DNA of 64,000 nucleotides from Octopus sinensis (Eukaryota). The position numbers were made by a program, and so were the translations under genes. The notes beneath the pieces are model-generated. The model saw only the letters and a program-made list of their open reading frames with translations. It had not been told where the DNA came from and searched no databases. Of this stretch, positions 12,701 to 26,070 are shown one piece after another (the stretch's first letter is position 1; each line of letters opens with the position of its first letter). The DNA lies in NCBI RefSeq assembly GCF_006345805.1, contig NC_043009.1, positions 5,394,001 to 5,458,000 of the forward strand, written 5' to 3'.

Positions 12701-13647
12701 GGTCCTAGTTTCACACCAAAGTTGGCTCGTCCCTGTACTGGATTAACGTACTCGGTTGTGGAGCAGCATATACCTTTTGGGTCTGCTAACAATGATCCCC
12801 CCCCCCCACAAAAAAAACTCAATCTCGCTGTTGTCATCTGAATATGAAAATTTTGACAAACGTTATGGTATCATAACTTGCAGTACAAATCTCTATAATT
12901 ATCATAATTTTAACTGAAGTATTAAAATGAATATTACTCTGAAAATATCACCTATATTTCGTACTTTGTACGAGTACAGTGCATGCAAAATTTCGTGTCA
13001 TGATGATAATTTTCAAACTTCAACACATATAACCTGTATTTTGTTGGTCCTTTTCTCTAGAAAATCATCTCGATCTATTGAGTGTTTACCTACTATATCA
13101 GTATTATGTAATCTTTTAACATTTGCCTATAATTCTGCGTTACAACCACAAATGGGAACATGTTGAATTTCTACGTCGCCATTCGTGTACGGAGGTATGC
13201 GGTTTGGCATCATATTTTTTTCCTGTTCTTGGTGGGATTCAAACTTAGAACTGGGTATACTACATCAAATAAGACTCACATACGCCGATGATCTGTGATA
13301 ATTTAATTGTACATTCACGTTAATGCATGAAACGATAATTTCAGAAACAACGACACAAAAGATGATCTTCATCTCCTCCGAAGTAGCGAACCAAAGTGCA
13401 TTTACTGGAAGCAATAGATTCAGTGGCGATGATAAATATTATACTTGCTCTAAAACAACATTTCTAGAATTCATTAGTTTCATGGAGAGGAAAACCGTAA
13501 CGCAAACGGATTAATATCGCGTTACGACAATGAATAGGGGCTAAGAAAATTGCTTATCATGTCAAGACGCAACTGCACTCGAATTTATAAATGGACAATA
13601 ATGAAGTAAGTAAAACCCTGAAATTCTTCTATCATAAATGGACATAA

Positions 13648-14045
13648 TCTTTATATATAAAACAGAAGTTGTGTGTCTGTCTCCTACGATTTAGATTCCT
13701 AACTACTCCCACATTTGGCGGTGCAGTTTAACCAAAACCGGGTATCTTATAGTTGTGATTCATATCGAGCCCTTCTGGGTATTAGCGCGCGTCTACAATG
13801 AGTCTACGATTTAAAAAAAAATTACCATCATCTTTTTCCATTTTAATGCATTTTTTCGCTATTATATAAGGGAAGTAACTCTCTAAAAATGTCTACGATG
13901 AGTCAACGATTTAAAAAAAAAATTACAATAATTTTTTTTTCCATTTTTAATGCATTTTTTTGCTATTTTTTTGCTATAACTCTCTAAAAATGCTTATATA
14001 GTTATTTCCCTTACAAACCCGAGCAACGCCGGGCGATACTGCTAG
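13648..14045 (+). mobile_element. Non-autonomous Helitron
   Basis: 5' TC (tctttatatataaaacagaag), 3' hairpin cccgagcaacgccggg then CTAG, inserted between A (13647) and T (14046) with no TSD. Contains an internal ~100 bp tandem duplication. Confidence 0.9.
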
Positions 14046-14598
14046 TATGAAATACAGTGTTTATTACTACGAACACATTATGTCATATTCTAGATAGAAA
14101 ATTTACCCATCCGGTTGGAAATAAGCAGAGTTAACAGAATCGCTCCTCATGTATGGGCTGTGTAGAAGGATAATGTGAATTGTAAGACACTGATTAAATT
14201 ATAGTAGATTATCATTAATATAGCGCTTTATTCCATGGCTGGATTTTCAAATTAATCTAGAAGCTAATATTTCAGGCAGACAAAATGGCTGCTATTACTT
14301 GATAGGATACGGTTTGCGGAATAGATATCAGATGACATATCCTGCAATTAGTATCGACTAACTTATAGGATATATATATATATTATATATATACACACGT
14401 ACGCGTGCTCACACAGACACACACAAACACACATATATGATACGTGTATATATGATATACATATATAAAGAGATAGACAGTGCATATATATACGTATGCA
14501 AGTGTTATTTATGTTTAAATGTATGTATTATTAACACAAACACATACAAATATATCTATCTATCTATCTATATATATATCTATCTATCTATTTATCGA

Positions 14599-14661
<63 letters not shown>

Positions 14662-14828
14662 CGTATACGCACACACACACACATATATATTCATATATAT
14701 ATACGTATATACTAATATGCATGTGTGTTTGTATCTGCATATCTCTGATTTTGTGTTATTTCGTAAATATGAGCATGTCTGCGTGCCTGCGCGCCCCGTG
14801 TGTGTGTGTGTGTATATGTGTGTGTGTG

Positions 14829-14859
<31 letters not shown>

Positions 14860-15333
14860 CGTGTGCGTATGTGTGTGTGCGTATGCGAATACAAATGAAC
14901 CTTAGGATTGAATCTGTTCCGGCTAGTATCGTACTAACGATCCACTCCATTAGGACTTCCGTTAATTATGTTAAACCTTCCTACGAATGTCTACTTCCCT
15001 GCGTATCATAAACTCGTTACACGGCTGCCCTTAACCACCCAATGCCTGCAATTAGATATCTCCAGGGAACAATCAGAATATTCTCGATGGACTTAATTCG
15101 CCTGATATTTTCAATGAAACATTGTAGTCTGTAATAAATTTGACATGTAAACTAATATTCTTGAGTTTAAATGAGACAACCAATAATAAAAGGCATTCAA
15201 GTTGAAATTGTAAAACATGGACTCAATGCAAACACATACAGACAATTACAAACGCATACACACACATATATACGCTCCTACTAATATATTATTTAACCCG
15301 ATATATGTATATATACATATATATTTACATCTA

Positions 15334-15374
<41 letters not shown>

Positions 15375-15397
15375 ATATAATTGTATAGATGTAAATA

Positions 15398-15432
<35 letters not shown>

Positions 15433-15510
15433 ATATACACGTTCATTTTTACATCTATACAATTATATACATATATATTATATATATGTGCACACACACA
15501 CACACACACA

Positions 15511-15573
<63 letters not shown>

Positions 15574-16094
15574 TATATATATATATATATTATATATATT
15601 GATATATAGATAGATGAATGCTTAATAAAATGGAAGTAAAATAACCTATTGATCACGATTCTGACTACAAAATATATCTATTGGTTTCTCTATGTGATAT
15701 TCCAATTCATTATTGATCAATTGAATTAAATTTGGTCGTGATGTAATATCCTCTTATACCTAAATGAATTAATATATTATTTGTGTGAACCTAGATATGA
15801 ATCAATAATAATACATTCAAGAAGGCCCTTCATTTCCCCTCGTCCCTGCTATTCTGGTGAAATAAGTTGTAGTTAGTTAGGTACTCCTTGCTACTGAGTC
15901 CCATAGACGTCGACTGACTGAGTGTAGAGTATGGGTACAGATCGTACGGAAGTCTGTTTGCTACTTTTCGTCTACACAAGCAATAAATAGTCGACGTGTT
16001 TTACATGCAACGAGATCTAAATAGATACAATTTAAACTGATGGCCTTTATAACATTTCTATTTGCATATAATCATATATTATTTTTTAAATTTT

Positions 16095-16728
16095 TTCTAC
16101 GCTGCAGCACAATAGACGTGGGAATGCTTGTACTCCGCCATTGTAATCACCTTTTCAATAGGCATTCTTATAGGACTGGCTTTGGGTGACACTGGTGGTG
16201 TTTTGATTTCCTTGCCCTGATATTGGTTCATCTGTGACGTTAGAAAGCAGGAGCTCGAATTGTTTCTTTGACACATCTATGCCGATTCAACTAAGATCTC
16301 TCAGATGATTTGGGAAGGCATTAAATATATGTCAGCCTTTTAATTCCAAGCTGTTGCAGTACCTGGTTCTCATTCTAGACGAGGTAGCTAGGACATTTAG
16401 AACACTGCAGTAACGTCCATTTCGGATGCTGTTATAGCTCTCGATGCCAAAGTTTGGTACTAATCAAACCAAGGTATTGTATAGTTATACCACTGCATAC
16501 CCCTACCGTCTTCGCTCCAGGGAATAGAGGGATAGCTCTTTCACTCTCTCCCAGTAGCTCAGCTGTTCCAGTGACGCACTCTTCCTGGTGTAGCGCCGCT
16601 GTACTGCCTCAAGTTCGCTACTACTTTAATACTGTCGGATGACCAGAGGGCTAAGTTAAACATCCTCCATAGAACTATCGTATCTTCCTTCCTGCTCCTT
16701 GTTTTGAAAGTTCTCAAAATCCATACAG
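16095..16728 (-). pseudogene. CR1/L2-group LINE, ORF2 C-terminal fragment
   Basis: Minus-strand translation across frameshifts gives WILRTFKTR, LEAVQRRYT, LSYWERVKELSLYSLERRR, LVPNFG, FNAFPNHLRDL and VTDEP, motifs typical of CR1-group RT C-termini. Confidence 0.85.
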
Positions 16729-16788
16729 TCACATACACACACACACACACACATATATATATGTATGTATGTATGATTGTATGTATGT

Positions 16789-16834
<46 letters not shown>

Positions 16835-16839
16835 TTACG

Positions 16840-17875
16840 TTGGGTAAATGCATTTCGTAGATGAGCTACACTAATGATTAGGAGACTGGGTGGGGGACAC
16901 GTACGGTGCGGATTCCAGAAAAGGTGGAACGTTTCAGATAAGCCTTGATGCCGAGTCCGAGCCGCTCTGCTCGGAAGCATTGCAATGGACTTGGTATCGG
17001 TAATCGATCGGTAAGGCCTATTTTGTATGAAGCTCTGCATGTCCACCCGTGCAAATTGGTCATTGGGCAACAGTTGGAACCATGAGACTATGCACATGGT
17101 TTAACTTCGCACATTTGAGGCAAATGACAACTTCATTTTGTTAATGAGTAATGAAGATCATTTTCATCTCAATGTCATGGTGAATCAACAGAACTTTCGT
17201 TACTGGACTCTTGAAAATCCGAAAGAACTGCACGAAAGATCACTGCACAACCCGAAGTGACGGCTTGGTGTGCTGTTAGAAAATCTGCCGTGATTGGTCC
17301 TTCATTTTTCTGAAAACAATAATGGAAATGCTGTCACTGTGAACACCAACCGTTACATAGAGATGATAAACAACTTTTATGTGCCTGAATTACGGCGAAA
17401 ACGTATGCCTATTCGACTTGTGTGGTTTCAGCAGGATGGAGGGCGGCCCACACTGTCAGAGCATCAATGGACGATCTTTGCCCTCACTTCGGTGATCGGC
17501 TCCTTTCCAGTTTTGCTGATATCCTTTGGTACTTTGGGTCCGCTGATTTGTCCATATGTGATTATTTCTTGCGAGAAATCTCAAGGCACGTGTCTATGTG
17601 CATAAGCTCCGCACGTTGTATGATTTGAAGGACGTTATTCGCGTAGAAGTCGACCTAATTGACAGAGAAATTACGGAGAGTGGATGTAAACTTCCAAGAA
17701 CGCCTTCAAAATTGCACCTATAAAAACGGCCCCACATGATGGATGCTGTTCCACACGGTATTTTGCCAAATGCTAATTCACTACGAATACGTTGATATCA
17801 ATGAAATTGGTTTCCAGTTAAATTTAATGATTTTGTGAATTTTTCAAAAACGTCCTTCCTGTCTGCCCCTCCCTG
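16840..17875 (+). pseudogene. Tc1/mariner transposon, DD41D (rosa/Crmar2-like) transposase remnant, 5'-truncated
   Basis: Frameshift-corrected translation gives LMSNEDHFHLNVMVNQQNFRYW, VTAWCAV, VWFQQDG-41 aa-DYF and LKARVYVHK. A degenerate 3' TIR ends ...cccctccctg at 17875. Confidence 0.85.
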
Positions 17876-19648
17876 TGCGCGTCGTTGCGTGTGGGTCTGT
17901 GTGTATGTGTGTGCTTGTGTATACGATAAAATATATAGCTCTTCTATGTACGCAATAGCATATTTGAACGAAATTATCTCATCGTTGATGCTTTCACCAA
18001 CTGAGAATGCCTCATCTATTCACGCAAACACACGATTCATCAGTGAACCGTATAAGATGATTTCAAACTAACGCGATTTTTTTTTACTTAATTGTATGAT
18101 AAATCTCGAAATAGGATCTAATCGTATGATAAATATGATAAATCGCGCAATAGGAAACAGGCGATATGCATAGAATATCGTCAAATACTAAATATAATAT
18201 ACCCGAAAAAGAAATGATGGCCAAGATTAAAATTTGGATTGAAGGATATGATCACGATACGCGTGATAATATCTCATAAACCTCCATCATAATAAGGCAA
18301 TGACTACGAATCAGCATGAATCAGACTCTAAAATAACTGATAAAAAAAGAATAAGTAACGAATTTAAGCGGATTTTCGTCTGAAATATGTATATTATTCT
18401 ATTCAGAACTTCACATTTTGATAAATGATAGCATTTCTGATCCGAAAGTAGTCGCGACCATTACTTCATATTAAATAAATTGATATCAATTATATACAGC
18501 AGACTGCTTAGAGAGCGATAGCAAAAGGAAAAGTAGGAGAACAACTGAGATATATGCCAAGATAGGCAGAAGCCAACAATAACAGGGAAAAAAATGTTCA
18601 GGAGAAAAGAGAGAGCTGTCGAATTTACAATACTAGATTTCATTTGAGATATTAGAATGACAATGCGTTAATTGGCTACATGGGAAGAGGTTTAGTCATA
18701 AGTGGATGCAGAAGGAGAGAAATACATATATCTTCCTTATAACGGGAGAGTAAAGTGACTACAGAAATAAATGTTGCGGCTAAAATTACACTGAAATTCC
18801 TACTTGTATTGAAAGTCAAATGTCAAAATATGTATGCAGATCTAGACAAAATGGAAATTACAACCAAACATGTGTGAAGAGTGGTGTATATTATTTAATA
18901 TGACGGTCTATAATAACTTCATATTTACGTCACATTTTACTTTGGATTTTTTTACGTGCATGTATTAAAATTCTGCGAATATGTCAAATGAAATTGTTAA
19001 TAACCGATAGAAAATATTCAATAAACGATATTGCCATATCATTTCCAAAAGGAAATATTCGAATCTCTTCAATGTTTTATAGATATGAAAACAAAAAAAA
19101 AAAAAATGCTGCAACGTTTATTCCAATGGTGTATTAAAATTAGTTTGATAAACTTTGAAATTTGTAATACGATGTTATGTAATAAGGTTATTTTTTAAAA
19201 TTTTTATTTCATTTGCTTTTAATCCAGTTGGAAGATAATTGATTTTACAAATTGAAAACTTTTGCTGATGTATACCTACACCATACCCACTCACATTTAC
19301 ATACACACTCGCATACAGAATCACACAAGTGCGTATATACACCCACTCATACATTTAGTAATGATATATAAATGAAGATGATGGATAGCATGTAGATAAA
19401 AAATTAATAGATTTAGCCTTACACTTTAAAGTTTGCTTAAAATGTTATGAATGTGTGATACTGTGTGGACGTGTCTTTATGCGTATCTGCGCTTAAGTAT
19501 ATGTGTGTATGTGTGTGCATCTGTGTGCTTGAATCAGTGCAAATGGTTCTATGTATGTTGTATGTATGTTCGGGTTGGAATGTATCTGCGTATGTTTATA
19601 CAGACACACACATGTACGTATTTATACATACATACACATGTACGTATA

Positions 19649-20303
19649 CAAGGTCTGACCAACACGTTTCAGAACTGCTTCTTTTGAAAGTAAACTACAG
19701 CAGGTATAAATTCGTTACTTAAAGTCATTCGAAGTCTCCGCCTTCTCAATCCATACATGTACCCACTTGATGGAAGCATTCCTGGAACTCCTTTCTTAAG
19801 ATAGCGAGCAACTACCTCGAGGCTTTCTATTGGATTTCGTTTCAAGTAGCATTTGATTTTTGGAAAGAGGAAAAGAAGAAATATTGCCGACATTTTTCTA
19901 CTCAACTGAAGTTGTCTGTGTATGGCAGGTTTGGTAGCCTTCAACTAACACTATCTCCTTCGAGACCCTGTGGCGCAAGTTGTCCAAAATTGAGAGTATG
20001 ATAGAAGAAGGCTTGTTCTTCCTTCTGTAGAAGAAAAAAACTTGCGCGTAGCTAGGTCACGTTGGTTCAGTGAAATTACTTTTTAAACTATAATGTAGCT
20101 TTCTATACTTTCTGTGCGATGGTCACTGATGGAACCTGTGTACTATGGTAAAACGATAGCGATCAACATCATCGACTTTTAAGGATTTCTAAGACCAATG
20201 AATGAGAAAGAGAATGTTATAACTTAGTTCCAAGCGTGTTCACTTTGCATACTTTAGCTCGGTTTACATCGCAATAGAACCGATAGTTTTTGCTTAGACC
20301 TCG
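19649..20303 (-). mobile_element. Internally deleted mariner element with TIRs and TA TSD
   Basis: ta|caaggtctgaccaacacgtttc ... gatagtttttgcttagacctcg|ta. Minus strand encodes LFLFPKIKCYLK then KEFQECFHQ...GGDFE*, the mariner C-terminus. Confidence 0.8.
19906..20040 (+). mobile_element. Helitron 5' fragment nested in the mariner remnant
   Basis: ctgaagttgtc...ccttcaactaacactatctccttcgagaccctg...gatagaagaaggcttgttcttcc matches the reverse complement of 22420-22515. Confidence 0.75.
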
Positions 20304-20361
20304 TATATATGTGCATAATGCATTCATGTAAGTTTCGATGCATTTTGTATGCATGTATGTA

Positions 20362-20671
20362 GGGGTTTTGTTTGTTCCTTCTCGAGCCATGCCTCGCTCA
20401 AAAGGGCCGTTTTCCCGGTTTCCTTGGCGTATAGGTTCCCCACTTGGATGGGATGCCTGTCCGTCGCAGGTGAGCTGCAAGATGCAGGAGGAAAGAGTGA
20501 GAGAAAGTTGTGGCGAAAGAGTCAGCAGAAGTTTGCCATTACCTTCTGCCCGAGCCGCGTGGAGCTTAAATGTTTTGTTCATAAATACACACATCGCCCG
20601 GTCTGAGATTCGAACCCGCGAAACTTCGACCGCGAGTCCGTTGCTCTAACCACTATGCCATGTGCTTCCAC
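20362..20671 (-). mobile_element. tRNA-derived SINE family C (tail type 1)
   Basis: Reverse complement: gtggaagcacatggcatagtggttagagc (A box), gggttcgaatctc (B box), ctctttcgccacaactttctctca, then cacctgcgacggacaggcatcccatcc and an A-rich end. Confidence 0.85.
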
Positions 20672-21187
20672 AATGTGGGAGTATATGTATCCTAGTGTGT
20701 TAGCATCTGTAGATTTGTTTGCATGTGCCTCTGTATATATTATATATTTTAAAGTAGGTTCCTTTCCCGTGATTTCAATTTCAGGCCACAGATCTGGAAA
20801 AAAGAAATCAATTGCATTACTAAGTATACCTACGTATTAAGTACTGTTTTACATTTATCGATGAAAAGCAACTACACAATAACACACAGACGTCTACATA
20901 TGTTACAATACTTGTATGAGTATATATATATGTATCTGTGTATGTATGCATAGATTTTCTTCGAGATTTTTCTCTCATTTTTAGTCTTCAAACTGCTCAC
21001 TGAAAAATGACCAAGCACTTTCGTTTAAGTCAAAACTGATCTTACGATCGTGAGCTAAATACTGTTGTAGCGAAGCCAAGCGCCTTCAATTCTGTGTTTA
21101 CACTTAGGCCCCTTGTAAATATAACTGCTGCCAGTGCTAATATAGTGACTTGCAGTGCCTTTGTAATATACATATTAAAATAATCCT

Positions 21188-21398
21188 TTTTATTTTAGGC
21201 ACAAGGACTGAAGTTCTTTGGGGAGGGGGACTAGTCAATTACATCGACCCCAGTTCTCAACTGGTATTTATTTCATCGACCCCGGAAGGATGAAAGGCAA
21301 AGTCAACCTCGGCAGATTTGAACTCAGAACGTAAAGATGGACGAAATGCCACTTAGGACTTTTCCCGGCGTGCTAACGGCTCTGCCAGCTCGCTGCCT
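21188..21398 (-). mobile_element. SINE family A, alternative tail (ccttgtgcctaaaataaaa)
   Basis: Family-A head and core in reverse, with the tail ctagtccccctccccaaagaacttcagtccttgtgcc. Confidence 0.85.
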
Positions 21399-22040
21399 TG
21401 CTTATTTAAGTAATGTTGCTCACTGATAAAATTAATGGTGGCTGGCAACAAACGTTGTATCACTCTAAAATATAAGGCATAATCATTTGACTGATTACAT
21501 ACGGCTAATCCATTTCTTAAAGAACGTCTTTACTGTGTTAAAAATTCTGTGTTTTATATTTGTCATCATCTTTTGCCACAATTCTGTTCCGAAGACTGCT
21601 CACAGTCCTACTGCAAAGAGCTAGTGAATTATTTTGTTAGAATGTGTTGAGAGATCGGCTAGGATTACTACGTGGGACTGATGCATGCCTTTCTGGAACA
21701 ACCTGATTATGTTCAACTTCTAGACGAATTGGTTTCGATATTTATTGCCTTGATATCAATTATATTATGAATTTCATCATAGTGAGTTGAATTGAATAAA
21801 ATCTATTTTGTCACCCAAGCCAGCTTCTGTGATGATGAATGCCTTTAAATCTTTCTCAGTTTGACAGTTGGAGAGTGAAGAATTATTTCCCTCCTGTCAC
21901 CTGAGACGAGCTGGAAGCGGCTGTATGGTTTGCGTTTTGGCACCCTTTGACGTATAAATGATGAAATTATGACTTGTTCTTTGATATTCAACAATTGATG
22001 TTGAGATGCCGCACGGGTACATATACATACATACACATAT

Positions 22041-22089
<49 letters not shown>

Positions 22090-22106
22090 CATATATATAT
22101 ATATAT

Positions 22107-22155
<49 letters not shown>

Positions 22156-22162
22156 ATATATA

Positions 22163-22526
22163 CTAGCAGTATTGCCCGGCGTTGCTCGGGTTTGTTTCGA
22201 CCCTTTAGAATTGAAATTTTTGAAAGTTAACATTCGGGATTATGTAGCTTTTTATTCTCTTTAAGTGAACATTTTCCTGGTTGAAATACACCGAAAAATG
22301 GCGACACAGCAGTCAAAAAATCGTAAAAAATAGGGATTTTCATAGAAAAAAAGCACCTTTTTGATGTAAATAATTTTTGGTATTAACACGGTCCAATTTG
22401 AATTTTTTTTCTACGGAAGGAAGAACAAGCCTTCTTCTATCATACTTTCAATTTAGGACAACTTGTGCCTCAGGGTCTCGGAGGAGATAGTGTTAGTTGA
22501 AGACAACTTCAGCTTTATATATAGGA
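22163..22526 (-). mobile_element. Non-autonomous Helitron
   Basis: Reverse complement starts tcctatatataaagctgaagttg and ends aaacccgagcaacgccgggcaatactgCTAG. It is inserted in (TA)n and its 5' end abuts a SINE-B head. Confidence 0.88.
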
Positions 22527-22682
22527 GTGGCTGTGTGGTAAGTTGCTTGATGACCAACCACATGGTTCCGGGTTCAGTCCCACTGCATGGCACCTTGGGC
22601 AAGTGTCTTCTACTATAGCCTCGGGCCGACGAAAGCCTTGTGAGTGGATTTGGTAGACGGAAACAGAAAGAAGCTCGTCGTA

Positions 22683-22725
<43 letters not shown>

Positions 22726-22920
22726 TTGTGTGTCAGTATTGCTTGACAACCGATGCTGGTGTGTTTATGTCCCCGTCACTTAGCGGTTCGGCAAAAGAGA
22801 CCGATATAATAAGTACTGGGCTTACAAAGAATAAGTCCAGGGTCGAGTTGCTCGATTAAAGGTGGTGCTCCAGCATGGCCGCAGTCAAATGACTGAAACA
22901 AGTAAAAGAGAGTAAAAGAG
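22524..22920 (+). mobile_element. Bipartite SINE family B, best copy
   Basis: ggagtggctgtgtggtaag (A box), ccgggttcagtccc (B box), caccttgggcaagtgtcttc (CORE-like), (TA)n(TG)n, then module cttgacaaccgatgctggtgtg...ggtgctccagcatggccgcagtcaaatgactgaaacaagtaaaagag. Confidence 0.92.
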
Positions 22921-24757
22921 ATATGCTCCGAAACAAACAAAAATATATTTCGTTATCGGTATATGTTCCTTGCCGACTCATCTGTTCTATGGCTGTACAT
23001 ACAGCAACTAATATATCCATCAGTTTACTGAAACAAACAAAAAAAAAAGAAAAACGAATGTGTTCGCCATGAATCTTATTGAACGCTTAATAAATATCTG
23101 CGTTTGTTTTTAAAATAGCGCGTAGCTGGGTCACGTTGGTTCAGTGCAATTACTTTTTATTGTATTACATCAATTATATAGAAAAAGGTGTTCTACCTAC
23201 AGACATAAAAGATCTATGTAGTTGTTAGAAGTGTTACTGAATTAATCTGGTAAATATATTGAGTGTACTAACTTACCTTTCATGAAATCAAATTACCGAA
23301 ACATCAATGATCACTGAGGATACTCCAGTTTTAGTAATATTTTAGGTTTGTATATATATATACAGCTTACTGTGAAAGTGTATATGCATATTAATTGAGA
23401 GACATCTTTAATCTCTTACTTGCTCCATTCAGTTCATTACGCAGTGGCCATGATGCAGCACTGCCTCGAAGAGTTCAGTCGAACAAATCGAACTCGGTAC
23501 TAATTAAATTTGGATTTAATCAGTTGGATTCTTATTCCATCGATGTCTTTTGCCGAACTGTAAATTTACGAGGACGCAGACCAAACAATAGCGGTTGACA
23601 AACAGTACTGACGACAACCACAAAGGCAGACACAAAAGACAAAGAGACACACAGACAAACAAACACATACACACACATACATTTCGACAAAATAAATTGG
23701 ATTATTTATTCTGGTTCTTTACGTTCTAAGTTTGATTCTCATCCAGTTAGCACGGAAGTATACCTGCACATAATCTAATCCTCTTAATACTATCTGTCTT
23801 TATCTGTCCCTGTGTCTCCCTAGTTGTCACCAATTTGAATCTTCACTGCCTGGAATGAATGAGGTTCAACTGAGTATACACAAAACCACATACGAGTAAA
23901 ACCTATAGAGAGAAGGGCCACTACATGCTGGAATAAATGTACAGACCCTTCGGTGCAGCATCGATGTGAGTTATGTAAGAGTATTTTACGAATGATTTAT
24001 TTTTTTTCTAATTTACAACTTAAAAACCCAGTTCGCCGACAGCATCTTTCGTGAATCTCCCATCATGAGGCATACTTTTCGAAATTACTGTAAAATATAA
24101 ATCCCTGAATTTCCCTGACTTCATAATTTTCAGATGCAATGAAAAAACAAAAAAATTACACCCTTCATTACAGCTTATATAATAAAGCTGATATTTTTTT
24201 GAATCGCAAATTGCTTAGAATTTGGCTGCAAGAATATTTGGTATTGCGCAATTGAGATTGAAATCTGTATAATCCGCCACTAAAATTTTTCCCTAAAATA
24301 AAACACAATATCACTGTCAAAACAAGCATTAAAAATTTTAAAATTATTTTCTGCTTTAAATATTAAAAAAAAAAGATACTTAAAAAAAGAAACATTTAAA
24401 CATGAAGAAATTGCTATAATGTGAAATATTAAGGATTAAACCCGGCATTTCTTGTAATATAATAATAGTGTTCATACTTAAAGATATTCAGTATTTTGTT
24501 GGTTTTCTGCGTGTTCTGAAATTTTAAATGTTTCGGGCTTCTTATCACAATGGCCGTGCAATCCATTCACTGCTGCAAACCCCAGCAGCAATATTTTCAT
24601 TTGCCATTTCAATTGTAGAGAAGTTATTTCAAATCTGAATATCACCATTGTGTATGTAATTCACACACAAACACATACACATGCTCGTACACACACATTC
24701 ACACACACACACATTTATATACAAAGTCGAATAGGCACAGAAACACACGCACGCTAA

Positions 24758-24791
<34 letters not shown>

Positions 24792-24933
24792 TCTCTCACA
24801 CAGATATATACACACACTCCTACCTCTACACCATTTGGAATCATAGAAGGAGTGATCCACCATATATCTGTAGCCACAACTTCTATTTTGTTTGACAGCA
24901 TTCAGTCAACTTACTAAAAACATTATTGTAAGA

Positions 24934-24935
<2 letters not shown>

Positions 24936-25011
<76 letters not shown>

Positions 25012-25024
25012 TATCATTATTATT

Positions 25025-25080
<56 letters not shown>

Positions 25081-25100
25081 AATCGTCGTCGTCGCTGTTA
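24936..25100. repeat. Compound (ATT)n(GTT)n(GTC)n array
   Basis: Direct inspection; explains the poly-Thr/poly-Ile ORF 24883..25308. Confidence 0.95.
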
Positions 25101-25351
25101 TTATGAATATGATGTTCGCTATTATTTTCATGGTGGTCTCTGTGACTGCCAGAGACACATTAAGATCAATTATGGACATTAATTTACACATCCATTTCAT
25201 ACATATGCAGACAGCCAAATGAAACAAAAGTAAGAGCAGGGATATAGTCTTCAGGAAAATAATGAGAAAAGGGCCGAAGGCAGACTCAGAAGGGGGGAAT
25301 GAAATCAAATTATATCATCGGTAGGAGGTTAGAAATCCAACTTCATGTAAG

Positions 25352-25383
<32 letters not shown>

Positions 25384-25410
25384 ATATTATATATATATAT
25401 ATATATATAG

Positions 25411-25441
<31 letters not shown>

Positions 25442-25489
25442 ATATATATATTTATACCCTCACACAAAGATATATGTCTATATATACAA

Positions 25490-25531
<42 letters not shown>

Positions 25532-26025
25532 TATATATATGTGTGTGTGTGTGTATGTATGTAAAATATGTATGTAAAGATATGCATCTTAGTTATCATA
25601 TATATATAATAGAATTAGAAGTATTATTATGTTATCTATAGGGACGCACGTATATATATATTATATATATATATATATATATCATGCATAAGTACACATG
25701 TACACAAAACACACATATGTTTATGTATGCACATTTGCATATACGCATACAATCTTACATACATATGTTACATCTACATATACAGACGTACATACATATA
25801 TATATACACTTTATATATGTAATATCAATATCTATTTATCTGTCTGCCTGCTTGCCAATCTCTTTATCTATCTATCACTCTGTCTGTCTATGTATGTATA
25901 TATGTATCTATGTCTTTGTTTCTCTCCCCCTCTATCCTTCTTGCACTCTCCATATATATATAGACATACATACATGCATCTCTCTATATATATATAGATA
26001 TACATACATACATGCATCTGTATAC

Positions 26026-26070
<45 letters not shown>

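Noticed and set aside
23823-23966. Plus-strand segment with a good acceptor and GAT|gtgagt donor
   Set aside because: It has stop codons in all three frames; only a non-coding exon is possible and there is no further support.
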